This document shows, piece by piece, positions 52,723 through 62,494 of a DNA stretch of 64,000 nucleotides (within the stretch, counting starts at the first letter, position 1; every line of letters begins with the position of its first letter). Below the pieces are notes generated by a model. That model had not been told where the DNA came from. It searched no databases and saw only the letters and a program-made list of their open reading frames with translations. A program made the translations under genes and the position numbers. Origin of the DNA: Candidatus Zixiibacteriota bacterium (lineage in GTDB: Bacteria; Zixibacteria; MSB-5A5; DSPP01); the NCBI GenBank assembly GCA_022614805.1, contig JAKEHY010000002.1, positions 4,726 to 68,725 of the forward strand, in the 5' to 3' direction.

Positions 52723-54456
52723 TTAATCCGGTTCCAGAACCCGCTCGGAGGCGGCTTTCACCTCCGAAGTTTTCATTTCCATCTTGTCTAAAAGAAAGGG
52801 GGCTAAAACGAGGTAGTCAAGCCCGGAGGAAAGGAAGGTGCGATAGGCATCCTCCGGCGAAGAGACAATCGGCTCCCCCCGGAGATTGAAGGAGGTGTTA
52901 AGCAAAACGGGGCAGCCGGTTTTTTTCTCGAACCCGGCAATCATATCGTAGAAAAGCGGGTTTTGCTCCCTCCGAACGGTCTGCAGCCGGGCTGTGCCGT
53001 CCACGTGCGTTACGGCCGGAAGGTCGAAGTTTTTCACTGGCGCCGTCAAGAGCATATAGGGAGATTCACCGGCGAGGTCGAAGTGGTTCCGGCATTTTTC
53101 GTAGAGCACAGATGGAGCGAAGGGGCGGAAACTTTCCCGGAACTTAATTTTGGCGTTGACGGTATCCTTCATCTCGGCCCGGCGCGGGTCGGCCAGAATG
53201 GAGCGGTTCCCCAAAGCCCGCGGGCCGAACTCTTCCCTCCCGGCAAACCAGCCGAGAACTTTGCCTTCCGCCAAAAGGGAGGCCGTTTTGGAAAGCAGGT
53301 CGGCTTTTTCATATTTGACCGCCCGAGCGTTTTTTTGCGCCAGAAACTTCTCCACATCCCGGGCGGAGTATTCCGGTCCCCAGAAAGCGTGTGACCAGAG
53401 GAAGCGGCGGGGCTTTTTTAAGAAAAGATTCCAGACGGCAAAGGCGGTACCGATCGCCCCGCCGGCGTCCCCCGCGGCCGGCTGGATGAAAAGCCGCTCG
53501 AAACCGGCCTCGTCCAAAATTTTCCGGTTGGAGACGCAATTGAGCGCCACCCCCCCGGCCATACAAAGATTTTTCTGTTTGGTTTTCTTCCGCACCGAGC
53601 GGGCCAGACGCACCATTATCAAATCGGTCACCTTTTGCAGGGAGGCGGCCAGGTTTTTGTGAAAATCTTCGATGGGTTCTTCCGGTCGGCGCACCGGACG
53701 GCCGAAAAGCTTTCCGAACTTTCGGTTGGTCATCGTCAGGCCATAGGGATAGGCGAAGTAATCGAGATTCAGCCGGAAGGTTCCATCCTCTTTCACGTCG
53801 ATAAGTTTTTTCAGAATGAAATCGTAATACTCCGGCTGGCCGTAGGGGGCCAGGCCCATCACCTTGTATTCGGCGGAGTTGACCTTGAAACCGAGGTAGT
53901 AGGTAAAGGCGGAATAAAAAAGCCCCAACGAATGGGGGAAGTCAAGTTCTCCCAAAATTTCAATTTCGTTTCCTTTGCCGATTCCGTAGGTAGTCGTGGC
54001 CCACTCGCCGACGGCATCCGCCGTCAAAATGGCCGCCTCGTCAAAGCCGGATACCAGAAACGAAGAAGCGGCGTGGGAGATATGATGTTCGGAAAAAAGA
54101 ATTTCCCCGTTATAGTCGAGTTTCTTTTTGATCAGCTCCTTCATCCAAAGCTTTTCCTTCAGCCAGACCGGCATAGCCAGCATAAAAGCACGCAAGGAAC
54201 GGGGAAATGTAGTCGCATGGGCGGTGACGATGCGGTCGAATTTGAGCAGGGGCTTTTCGTAAAAGGCGACGCAGCTCAAATTCTTGGCCGTGATTCCGGC
54301 GAAGTTCAGGCAAAAGCGGGCGGCGTTTTCCGGAAAACCGGGGTCGTGCTTTTTGCGGGTGAAGCGCTCCTCCTGTGCGGCGGCGATCAGTTCACCGTCC
54401 ATGATTAAAGCGGCGGCCGAGTCGTGGTAAAAGCAGGAAAGACCCAAAATGTACAT
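52723..54456 (-). CDS. CmcH/NodU-family O-carbamoyltransferase
   Basis: ILGLSCFYHDSAA, EERFTRKKH, HH.SHA, EFGPRALGNRS, KFRESFRPFAP. Confidence 0.93.
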   Translation of the reverse strand: MYILGLSCFYHDSAAALIMDGELIAAAQEERFTRKKHDPGFPENAARFCLNFAGITAKNLSCVAFYEKPLLKFDRIVTAHATTFPRSLRAFMLAMPVWLKEKLWMKELIKKKLDYNGEILFSEHHISHAASSFLVSGFDEAAILTADAVGEWATTTYGIGKGNEIEILGELDFPHSLGLFYSAFTYYLGFKVNSAEYKVMGLAPYGQPEYYDFILKKLIDVKEDGTFRLNLDYFAYPYGLTMTNRKFGKLFGRPVRRPEEPIEDFHKNLAASLQKVTDLIMVRLARSVRKKTKQKNLCMAGGVALNCVSNRKILDEAGFERLFIQPAAGDAGGAIGTAFAVWNLFLKKPRRFLWSHAFWGPEYSARDVEKFLAQKNARAVKYEKADLLSKTASLLAEGKVLGWFAGREEFGPRALGNRSILADPRRAEMKDTVNAKIKFRESFRPFAPSVLYEKCRNHFDLAGESPYMLLTAPVKNFDLPAVTHVDGTARLQTVRREQNPLFYDMIAGFEKKTGCPVLLNTSFNLRGEPIVSSPEDAYRTFLSSGLDYLVLAPFLLDKMEMKTSEVKAASERVLEPD

Positions 54457-54689
54457 TAGAACTGCCTTTTAAGGCTTTCTGGTTCGGGAACATCGGTGCG
54501 GCTTTTCCAAAACGAATCGGCCTTCGATTTCCGCTTTCCCAAAGGGTCTTTGAAAGTCAAAATTATGTAAAGCTTCAAAAGCCCCATTCCAATCAAATAG
54601 AAAAGCAGCAAAATCAGCCCCGCCTGCAGTTTTCCCAAATACCGCGGCCCCTTCCAAAAGCCGGCCTTCAGCCGTTCAACGAGATTCAT
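54456..54689 (-). CDS. Small SxtJ-like membrane protein
   Basis: TM helix then KDPL.......SFW.....L.RQF C-terminus; coupled to the carbamoyltransferase. Confidence 0.7.
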   Translation of the reverse strand: MNLVERLKAGFWKGPRYLGKLQAGLILLLFYLIGMGLLKLYIILTFKDPLGKRKSKADSFWKSRTDVPEPESLKRQF

Positions 54690-54781
54690 ACGGGAAAGTT
54701 AAGCAAAAAAAGAGAGGCGGAAAACAAGAAAACAGAATTTGCTCTTGAACAAGAAGAAGAAAATCTTTGACTTATAAAAAA

Positions 54782-54797
54782 TGTTTCACGTGAAACA
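54782..54797. promoter_or_regulatory. parS centromere-like site
   Basis: Perfect TGTTTCACGTGAAACA, intergenic. Confidence 0.9.
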
Positions 54798-54938
54798 ATT
54801 TTTCCGGATTACAAAAAGGCAACTGAAACGGCTTAATTCTTGAATGACATTTTGGACCAGCAACCTCTAGCATATTTTCGAATAGCTGACGAAGTAGTTA
54901 TATTGGGGGTTCGGCAATGTTTGCCATGGAGATATAAA

Positions 54939-56732
54939 ATGAAGAGAATTCGCAACTTTTCGATAATTGCCCATATCGACCACGGCAAGTCCACCCTGGC
55001 GGACCGGCTTTTGGAGGCGACTCATACCCTCGAAGCGCGGGAGATGAAGGAACAGGTGCTGGACAATATGGACCTGGAGCGGGAGCGGGGGATTACCATC
55101 AAGGCCCACGCCGTCAAGATGAGCTACCCGGCCAAGGACGGCCAGACCTACATCCTCAATTTAATCGACACCCCCGGCCACGTCGATTTCACCTACGAGG
55201 TTTCCCGCTCGCTGGCTTCCTGCGAGGGGGCGATTTTGGTGGTGGATGCCTCGCAGGGAATCGAGGCGCAGACCCTTTCCAACCTCTTTCTGGCGCTGGA
55301 CAACAATCTGACCATCGTGCCGGTGGTGAACAAAATCGATTTGCCCGGCGCGCAGGTGGAAGAAACCGTTCACCAGCTCTCCGAACTTCTGGGCGTCCAA
55401 AAAGAAGAAGTGCTTCTGGCTTCGGCCAAGATGGGAACGGGGATCGAAGAAATTCTTGAGGCGCTGGTCCAGCGCGTGCCGCCGCCGAAAGAAGCGGATG
55501 ACAAACCGCTGCGGGCTTTGATTTTCGATTCGGTTTTCGACTCCTACCGCGGGGCGATTGCCTACGTCAGGATTTTCGAGGGGAAAGTCAAAAAAGGGGA
55601 CTGGATCAAGTTTTTCTCCCACGAGCAGAGCTACGAAGTGGACGAAGTCGGCTACCTGAAATTGAAAATGTATCCGGCGGAGGAAATTTCCTCCGGCGAG
55701 GTGGGATACATCATCGCCAACGTCAAGCGGGTGGCGGATACCCGCGTCGGCGATACGATTACCCTCGCGCATAACCCCGCGGCGGAGCCGTTGCCCGGCT
55801 TCAAGCACGTCAAGCCGATGGTTTTTGCCGGGCTGTATCCCTCCAATTCCGAAAATTACGAGGAACTGCGGGATGCGATGGAAAAGCTGGTGCTGAACGA
55901 TTCAGCTCTCGTTTACGAGCCGGAATCCTCCAACGCCTTGGGCTTCGGCTTCCGCTGCGGCTTTTTGGGGCTTTTGCATCTCGAAATTATGCAGGAGCGG
56001 CTCTCCCGCGAATACAATCTCTCCATCATTTCCACCGTCCCGAACGTGGAATACCGGGTGGTGAAAACCGACCGGCAGGTCGCGCTCGTTGACAATCCCG
56101 CCTTCCTGCCGCCGCCGGGGGAAATCGACCATATCGAGGAGCCGTTCGTGCTGGCTCACATCATCACCCCGGCCGAGTTCATCGGCAACGTGATGAAAAT
56201 TTGCATGGACCGGCGCGGGGTGTATCGCACCACCGAGTATCTGGACTCCAAGCGTGCCCGGCTGGTGTATGAACTGCCGCTGGCGGAAATCATCTTCGAT
56301 TTCTACGACAAGCTCAAGTCCACCACCAAGGGATACGCCTCGCTGGATTACGAGTTTTTGGAATACAAGGAAGAGCCGCTGGTCAAGCTGGACATCCTGC
56401 TCAATAGCGACCCGGTCGATGCCTTAAGCTCCATCGTGCATCGGGAAAAGGCCTACTTTTGGGGGCGGGAGCTGTGCGCCAAGCTGCGCCAGTTGATTCC
56501 GCGGCAGCTTTTTGAAGTGGTTATTCAGGCCGCCATCGGCAGCAAGGTGATTGCTCGCGAGACCGTCAAGCCCTTGCGCAAAAACGTAACCGCCAAATGC
56601 TACGGCGGGGACATCACCCGAAAGCGCAAGCTTTTGGAGCGCCAAAAGGAGGGGAAAAAGCGGATGAAGCAGGTCGGCACGGTGGAAATCCCGCAGGAGG
56701 CGTTTTTGGCGGTTCTGAAAGTGGAGCGGTAG
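54939..56732 (+). CDS. lepA: Elongation factor 4 (LepA)
   Basis: [42 protein letters not shown]. Confidence 0.98.
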   Translation: MKRIRNFSIIAHIDHGKSTLADRLLEATHTLEAREMKEQVLDNMDLERERGITIKAHAVKMSYPAKDGQTYILNLIDTPGHVDFTYEVSRSLASCEGAILVVDASQGIEAQTLSNLFLALDNNLTIVPVVNKIDLPGAQVEETVHQLSELLGVQKEEVLLASAKMGTGIEEILEALVQRVPPPKEADDKPLRALIFDSVFDSYRGAIAYVRIFEGKVKKGDWIKFFSHEQSYEVDEVGYLKLKMYPAEEISSGEVGYIIANVKRVADTRVGDTITLAHNPAAEPLPGFKHVKPMVFAGLYPSNSENYEELRDAMEKLVLNDSALVYEPESSNALGFGFRCGFLGLLHLEIMQERLSREYNLSIISTVPNVEYRVVKTDRQVALVDNPAFLPPPGEIDHIEEPFVLAHIITPAEFIGNVMKICMDRRGVYRTTEYLDSKRARLVYELPLAEIIFDFYDKLKSTTKGYASLDYEFLEYKEEPLVKLDILLNSDPVDALSSIVHREKAYFWGRELCAKLRQLIPRQLFEVVIQAAIGSKVIARETVKPLRKNVTAKCYGGDITRKRKLLERQKEGKKRMKQVGTVEIPQEAFLAVLKVER

Positions 56733-56747
56733 GTTTTTTTCCTTTTA

Positions 56748-56776
56748 GGGTAGCCCGGAGCCCCTGCTCCGGGGTT
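56748..56776. repeat. GTAG REP-like element (copy of 30256-30284)
   Basis: gggtagcccggagcccctgctccggggtt. Confidence 0.7.
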
Positions 56777-57188
56777 ATGCGACCGGGCTAATGCTGCGCC
56801 TTACATCCAGGGAGAGCGGCCCGGTGCCAAAGTAGGCAATGAGCAAGGCCCCGCCCAGCATCGTAACGTTTTTCATAAACATTATTTGTTGCATCTGCGC
56901 CGCCATCGGGTCGGCGAGACCCCAGAACTTGTGCATCATAACCGTCACCGGGACGATAAAGGCCGCCAAAAGCAAGGCGCCCCATCTGGCTTTATATCCC
57001 AAGGCAACGCTTAAACCTCCCAAAAGCGCCAAAACCCCGGAAAACGGAACGGCGATGGACGCAAGCGGCACCCCTTGGGAGGCGGCAAACCCAATGGTTG
57101 CTTTCGAAAAGTGACCCAATCCCGCAGTGATGAAAATCAATGAAAACAGAATCCTGCCCAACGGAACGATGTAGTTCATATTATTCAT
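56775..57188 (-). CDS. DoxX family membrane protein
   Basis: LGRILFSLIF, H.FW, FMKN...GG.L...G.GPLSLD. Confidence 0.88.
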   Translation of the reverse strand: MNNMNYIVPLGRILFSLIFITAGLGHFSKATIGFAASQGVPLASIAVPFSGVLALLGGLSVALGYKARWGALLLAAFIVPVTVMMHKFWGLADPMAAQMQQIMFMKNVTMLGGALLIAYFGTGPLSLDVRRSISPVA

Positions 57189-57230
57189 CTCCTTCTTTTT
57201 TCGGTTTCAATTTGTGGTCAAAAGCCCGTT

Positions 57231-58136
57231 CTAAAGCCCGGCAACGGCGTCGGTCCGGTTCGCCGGCGCGGCGGCGCTTCGCCGGGCCAGGCTGAGTGCG
57301 GCAAGAATGGTGATGAAGACCATGCCGTAGATCGTGGTCAGCACCGAGGTTTCATAGATGTCGCCGGTACGCCACGTCTGTCCCAGGGCGTCGGTCACGG
57401 TGGTGCGCTCGCCGGTCAGGAAGGCGATGATGAACGTTGCCGCGGTCGCGGCGTACAGCAACAGGGACTGCACGTGGGATGCGGTGGCTGGCTCGGGCAT
57501 CGGCGTCGGCTGTGCACCGTAGTAGCGCAGGTACAGCGCGAACAGTTGCAGAAACAAGAAGGTCGTCAGCGACCACCCGAGGAAGTTGACCAGGGGCACG
57601 CCGAAGAATCCGCCGCTGTTCTCCCAGATCCAGAGCTTCTGGATGGTGGCGCGGGTGGGATCCATCGACAGATCCCAGACGACCATGGCAAAGGACGCGA
57701 TCACGGATGTACCGATGGTGGTCAACCAACCCGAACCACGGCGGACCTCTCCGACCAGCAGTGTGGCGATCGTCCACGCCAGGTAGCCGGTGGCCACATA
57801 GAAAGGCCCGATCCACAGCGGGACCAGGAAGAGCTTGGGATCCTGGGTGTAGTGGTAGTTTCCAAACGGGAAGCCGGTGAGGATGCTGAGGTTTTCCAGG
57901 ATGTTGCTGACGACCAGCGTCACCGCGTAAAACGCGAGAATCGCGCGCCAACCGTACCGGCGAGAGCCGTGCAACAGCGTGAACACCGTTTGGGTGACAA
58001 TGAGCAAAGTGATGCCGATAAGGTAGGGAAGGAGGTGCCTGGACAGCAGCAGAACTAGGTTGAGGCTAGTAGCAATCCACAAGATGGTTGACCCTGATTG
58101 CCGGTGATTGGTGGCCATGACTACCTCCGTATTCAT
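57231..58136 (-). CDS. DUF422/CruF-like membrane protein (carotenoid biosynthesis protein family)
   Basis: E....TGFPFGNYHY, WDLSMDP, W.W..GG.FGVPL.NF.GW. Confidence 0.8.
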   Translation of the reverse strand: MNTEVVMATNHRQSGSTILWIATSLNLVLLLSRHLLPYLIGITLLIVTQTVFTLLHGSRRYGWRAILAFYAVTLVVSNILENLSILTGFPFGNYHYTQDPKLFLVPLWIGPFYVATGYLAWTIATLLVGEVRRGSGWLTTIGTSVIASFAMVVWDLSMDPTRATIQKLWIWENSGGFFGVPLVNFLGWSLTTFLFLQLFALYLRYYGAQPTPMPEPATASHVQSLLLYAATAATFIIAFLTGERTTVTDALGQTWRTGDIYETSVLTTIYGMVFITILAALSLARRSAAAPANRTDAVAGL

Positions 58137-58240
58137 CTATTGCCGTCCCTGCCTAACCATAGGTTCAATGCAACTCTATTCGCCCGATGGCGGCAGCGGG
58201 GCCGCTCCTTATGAAGTGCCCCGCCGCCAGTCGGTGTGGG

Positions 58241-58972
58241 TCATCTGACTTGCTTCGACAATTCCGGAGCCGGCGTCGCCTGGAGCCCATCCATTTCTGT
58301 TGTTTGTATTTGGCCTTGGCTCTGCTTCAGCCACTCCGGGGTGGGCGTCGCCAATAGCTGCAACTCCCAAGCGAAAGCGACCCCGCTGCCACCGCCGTGC
58401 TGCGACAATACCTCGGCAAGAGCCATTGCCGTCTCCTGTCGGGCCCAGTCACGCTGCCACTCGGCCACCACGACCTGCCAGGTGAGCGGCACCACACCGG
58501 CCTGAACCATACGGCGCACGGCCATTTCGTGCGCCTCTACGGATACGCCGCCCGAGGCGTCGGTGACGATGTAGACCTCATACCCCTCACCCAGCGCTTG
58601 GATTGCCGGCATGGCCAGACAGATCTCGGTATAGAGCGCGGCCATAATCAGTTTTTTTCGGCCGGTCTTCTTCACGGCCTCGACGACGCGGCTGTCTTCC
58701 CAGGTATTGATGAAGGTCCGATTGATCGGCTTCTGCTCCGGGAAGACGTCTTGAAGCCCCTTGATTAAAAGACCACCGCGTTCTTCCAAAACTGTGGTCA
58801 GGATGGTCGGTACGCCGAACACTTTGGCTGTTTTGGCCAGACCGATAACGTTGTTCACGACCATCGTTGGTTCGTGGCTGTGCAAGTTAGCGAACTGGAA
58901 CGGCTGATGGTCGATCAGCAGAAGAACGCTGTCTTTGGGCGTCAAAAGCGCCTGAAGTCCTGTCTTGCTCAT
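58241..58972 (-). CDS. Isochorismatase-family YcaC-like hydrolase
   Basis: LLIDHQP, R.FINTWED, TEIC, DASGG. Confidence 0.88.
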   Translation of the reverse strand: MSKTGLQALLTPKDSVLLLIDHQPFQFANLHSHEPTMVVNNVIGLAKTAKVFGVPTILTTVLEERGGLLIKGLQDVFPEQKPINRTFINTWEDSRVVEAVKKTGRKKLIMAALYTEICLAMPAIQALGEGYEVYIVTDASGGVSVEAHEMAVRRMVQAGVVPLTWQVVVAEWQRDWARQETAMALAEVLSQHGGGSGVAFAWELQLLATPTPEWLKQSQGQIQTTEMDGLQATPAPELSKQVR

Positions 58973-59185
58973 AGTTTTTCCTCCTTTTTGTTGGTTTTGG
59001 TTTAGTTTCATCCTCGCTCACTCGTTTCCCAATAACGGCTATTTCAAAGCGAACGGCCTTGACCTGTGATAAGAAATAAGATTGAACTATATCAAAATAT
59101 TGACAGAACAGAGCGGTGGGAAAGGGGTCAATATGTTAGTAGATAAGGGCTTGCGCTTCAGGGAGGGATTAAGTATATATTTTGT

Positions 59186-59788
59186 ATGCTCTCCAAAAGC
59201 CCGCCTCCGTACGAGGCCTTGCGCTCGTATTTCTCCAATAAAATCGATTTGTCCGAGCAGGAATTTGAGTCCACACGGGCGCTTTTCGTTTTGAAAAAAC
59301 TGAAGAAAGGGCAGTTTTTACTGCATGAAGGAGAAGTGTGCAAATACACTGCTTTTGTCACCCAAGGTTGTCTGCGCGCCTATACCATTGACGACAAGGG
59401 GGAAGAGCACGTGGTGCGGTTTGCGGTCGAGGATTGGTGGATAGAGGACATGCAGAGCTTCCAAACCGGTACGCCGGCTGCATATAACATCGATGCTTTA
59501 GAGGATTCCGAAATATTGTTGCTGGATAAACCATCGGCGGAAAGACTTTTGGCCTTGGGCCCAAAAATTGAACATTTTTTCAATTTTCTGTCGCAAAATG
59601 CCAGGGCGGCCTTGGAGCGGAGAATTGCAGCATTCTTGTCGATGTCGGCGGAAGAGAAATATCTCGACTTGCTCAAAACCTATCCCAATCTTGCCCAGCG
59701 CATCCCCCAGCGCCACATCGCATCCTATTTGGGAATCACGCCGGAGTCTTTGAGCCGCGTTCGCAAAGAGCTTTCCGTGAAAAGATAG
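59186..59788 (+). CDS. Crp/Fnr family transcriptional regulator
   Basis: cNMP-binding fold, C-terminal IASYLGITPESLSRVR HTH. Confidence 0.9.
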   Translation: MLSKSPPPYEALRSYFSNKIDLSEQEFESTRALFVLKKLKKGQFLLHEGEVCKYTAFVTQGCLRAYTIDDKGEEHVVRFAVEDWWIEDMQSFQTGTPAAYNIDALEDSEILLLDKPSAERLLALGPKIEHFFNFLSQNARAALERRIAAFLSMSAEEKYLDLLKTYPNLAQRIPQRHIASYLGITPESLSRVRKELSVKR

Positions 59789-59801
59789 CTCCGCTCACCG
59801 A

Positions 59802-60425
59802 CTACTTTGTTTTTTGGGGTTGTGGTGCGGAGCCCAAATCCTGGGGGACGGCGCCGATTTGCTGCAGGAACCCCAACCGGTCGGTCTCAATCCAGCTCTC
59901 GATGATTTTGCCGTCCCGGAAGTTAAAGATGACCATACCGCGGTTGGTGACATTTTTTCCAGTGGCCGCAAATCCCCTGAACGGACCGGTATGGGTTCCC
60001 CGCCAAATCCATCTTACCGCCACCCGGTCCCCCTCCGCAACCAAATCCTCGACCGTCCAGCGGATATCGGGAAACCCCTGCCGGAGCGGCTTAATTGGTT
60101 CGGCAAAGGCGGCTGGGCCTTTTTGACCTGAAACGCCCGTGTAATCTTCGGCGACAAAGTGGTTCAGCAAATCGAACTTCCCCGTATTGAGAACCTCTTC
60201 GTAAAGCTTGAGTACGGCCTCCTTATTTTTCTCCGGTATTTGGGTGCCAGGCATTTTTATTTCCTTTTTTGAATTATCCGCTCGAGCGGAGTTGTTGTCA
60301 GCGAGCTGATTGCCAATCAGCAGCAATGCAACGCTCAATAAAATGCTCGCCATAAATACAAATACCGGTTTCACCTTTTTCCTCCTTTCCCTGTATTCTT
60401 TCCTGTTTTCCGCCCCTGCGGTCAA
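59802..60425 (-). CDS. SnoaL-like ester cyclase domain with N-terminal TM anchor
   Basis: GFPD....EDLVAEGDRV.VRW..RGTHTGPF.G...TG; TTGA overlap with ECF gene. Confidence 0.8.
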   Translation of the reverse strand: MTAGAENRKEYRERRKKVKPVFVFMASILLSVALLLIGNQLADNNSARADNSKKEIKMPGTQIPEKNKEAVLKLYEEVLNTGKFDLLNHFVAEDYTGVSGQKGPAAFAEPIKPLRQGFPDIRWTVEDLVAEGDRVAVRWIWRGTHTGPFRGFAATGKNVTNRGMVIFNFRDGKIIESWIETDRLGFLQQIGAVPQDLGSAPQPQKTK

Positions 60426-61033
60426 TAAGCCCGGCCAAAGCTCGGCGACCGTCCGGCCAATGCCTCCAGATTTTCTCTTTTCGGGCGCAGGTTTTTGGCC
60501 AGCATCATCCGCGCTCGGCTGACCCGGGATTTCACCGTGCCGGAAGGGAGGCCGGTGACTTCGGCCACCTCTTCGTAGGAAAGCTCCTCCACTTCGCGCA
60601 AGAGAAAGGGGGCTTTGTACTTGGCCGGCAATTTTTCAATCTCTTTTTCCAGCCAAAGGCCCAAAGCCGCCCGGAAAGGCTCTGTGGCCGGCTCTTCGCT
60701 CGTTTCCTCAAGGTCTAAAAGCTCCAAAAACTTGACTTTCTTTTTCCGGCGGAGCTGATTCCGGACCAAGTTTAAGGCGATGGTGTATATCCAGGTGGAG
60801 AAGCTGAAGGCCGGGTCAAAGTCGTTTTTGTGCTGAAAAACCCGCAGAAAAGTTTCCTGCACCAAATCCTCCGCCTCTTCGCGGGTGCGGACCATCCGAA
60901 AAACGAAATTGAAAAGCCGGTTTTTGTACCGGTCCACCAACCGGGTGAAAGCTTCCTCGCTGCCCACCCGTATTTCCTGCAGGAGGGCGTAATCTTCGGC
61001 TTTGCGGTCGGCGTCCATTATGGCGGTGGTCAT
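60422..61033 (-). CDS. ECF sigma-70 factor
   Basis: AEDLVQETFLR, FSTWIYTIA.N, SYEEVA...GTVKSRVSRAR. Confidence 0.92.
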   Translation of the reverse strand: MTTAIMDADRKAEDYALLQEIRVGSEEAFTRLVDRYKNRLFNFVFRMVRTREEAEDLVQETFLRVFQHKNDFDPAFSFSTWIYTIALNLVRNQLRRKKKVKFLELLDLEETSEEPATEPFRAALGLWLEKEIEKLPAKYKAPFLLREVEELSYEEVAEVTGLPSGTVKSRVSRARMMLAKNLRPKRENLEALAGRSPSFGRAY

Positions 61034-61159
61034 TTTTACTCCTATCCTTCTTTGGGACTTTTTTGGCCCATCGAATATGGCGGCGCCCCTCTGCTGCGGC
61101 GTCCTTGGTGCTTAGCGGGTAGTTGCCGCAGTACAGAGGGGCGCCATTTTATCCTTTAA

Positions 61160-61759
61160 TCAGAGAGACAGGGTAAGTCCCCCCTGCCAGGCTACGTCAT
61201 GCTGGGTCTTGTCGAACCCGTACTCGTCAAATTTATAGACGAAGTCGCGCCCTTCCGCGCGGAAGCCTATCCGCCCAACGCGGTACTCCAAACCGGCGCC
61301 AAAATTGCCGGCGAACTTGGTCCAGGTTTCGTCGGAACCCAACTGGTGCAGGCTTACAGCCCCGCCCCCCCCTAAAACATAGGGGGTGAAGGTGCCTGTG
61401 CCGGCCTGGATGGGGTAACGCAGGACTACGGCGCCATCATAGTAGAACTTGTTGAACTTTCCCCGGCCGGAAAGACTGGTGGCTCCCCGCAGGCTGTCCT
61501 GCGCCCAGCTTCCGCTGGCCCGCAGACCACCGAAGCGGTGCAGCCAGAGGGTGGCGTCGGCGGAGGCGGCCCAGCCGAGCCGCCAGTCAACCGTCGTGCC
61601 GCTTTGGTTTAAGTCGGACACTCCCCAATGCCCGCCAAAGGCACCTCCAAAAGTGACCCCTTGATACCCAAACGATGATTGGGCGGAAAGCGGCGAAAAC
61701 GTGGCAACAACGATTGCCAGAGCGGCAATCAGAACGGGTAGAATGATTCTCGGTTTCAT
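61160..61759 (-). CDS. Outer-membrane beta-barrel protein (OmpA-like TM domain)
   Basis: Signal peptide, PYVLGGGG, NFGAGLEY, amphipathic strands. Confidence 0.78.
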   Translation of the reverse strand: MKPRIILPVLIAALAIVVATFSPLSAQSSFGYQGVTFGGAFGGHWGVSDLNQSGTTVDWRLGWAASADATLWLHRFGGLRASGSWAQDSLRGATSLSGRGKFNKFYYDGAVVLRYPIQAGTGTFTPYVLGGGGAVSLHQLGSDETWTKFAGNFGAGLEYRVGRIGFRAEGRDFVYKFDEYGFDKTQHDVAWQGGLTLSL

Positions 61760-61831
61760 TGCGTTACTCCTCCTTCTTGTAAACGCTGGTTCAATTCTGT
61801 CCTCATTCAACTTCAATTTCGACTTCGGTCG

Positions 61832-62023
61832 TCAATTCAGACCTTTTCCGCCGGGGCCAAAAGCGCTTCCGTTGTCTGTTCTTTCGATGAGGGACGGATA
61901 GCTCCTTAACAGCTCCCAAGCGATGACATCGGGCACTTCCATCGGCTCTTTTTTGATGGTTACATAGCCGATGGGAATGCGGAAAATCGAATCACCCCCC
62001 TCCCCCGTGTATTTCAGCTTCAT
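61832..62023 (-). CDS. Small hypothetical protein
   Basis: Strong AGGAGGTG RBS before ATG (MKLKYTGEGG...); no recognisable family. Confidence 0.45.
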   Translation of the reverse strand: MKLKYTGEGGDSIFRIPIGYVTIKKEPMEVPDVIAWELLRSYPSLIERTDNGSAFGPGGKGLN

Positions 62024-62136
62024 TGATTCACCTCCTTGATGCCCCGCAAATGCGATATCTTGTTCTGCTCTCCAGCTTCCTCTCTGTTTAGGCACTCCCA
62101 TTTCTTCTCCTCTTTTATGGTCATCGCTACAAATAC

Positions 62137-62153
62137 TGACTGACCGTCAGTCA
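62137..62153. promoter_or_regulatory. Palindromic operator, TetR-family-like
   Basis: TGACTGAC-C-GTCAGTCA perfect inverted repeat in an AT-rich intergenic region. Confidence 0.55.
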
Positions 62154-62494
62154 TTATTTACATATAAGCATACCTAAAAGTTTCATTTTTTTCAATAAAT
62201 TTTTCGTTAGAGCGTTACTTTTATCGTAACTTATTGATATTCTTAATATTATCAACAAACCAAAACAAATGCTGTACATAGTAGAAACGGATAAGTGCCA
62301 GCTGTTTTGAGCTTCAGCCTGCCACGGTGTATGCTTAAATCGTAATTTGGTCAAATAGGATGGAGCATTAGTCCCGAAAAGGAGAGTAGCGGATGTTTCT
62401 TCGGCTTTCCAATTGACATTTTGCTTTTTGCGGAAATTAACTATAATTTCAAGTGTGGATTTAAACGACCAAAACGGGTGTAAAATGCTCCAAA

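Noticed and set aside
51497..54689. Saxitoxin biosynthesis
   Set aside because: Only the widespread tailoring-like cassette is present; core sxtA/sxtG-type genes are absent from the window.
58150..58240. Complete integron attC site
   Set aside because: Only a GTTAGGC core is present; no complementary RYYYAAC box after the upstream stop and no integrase.
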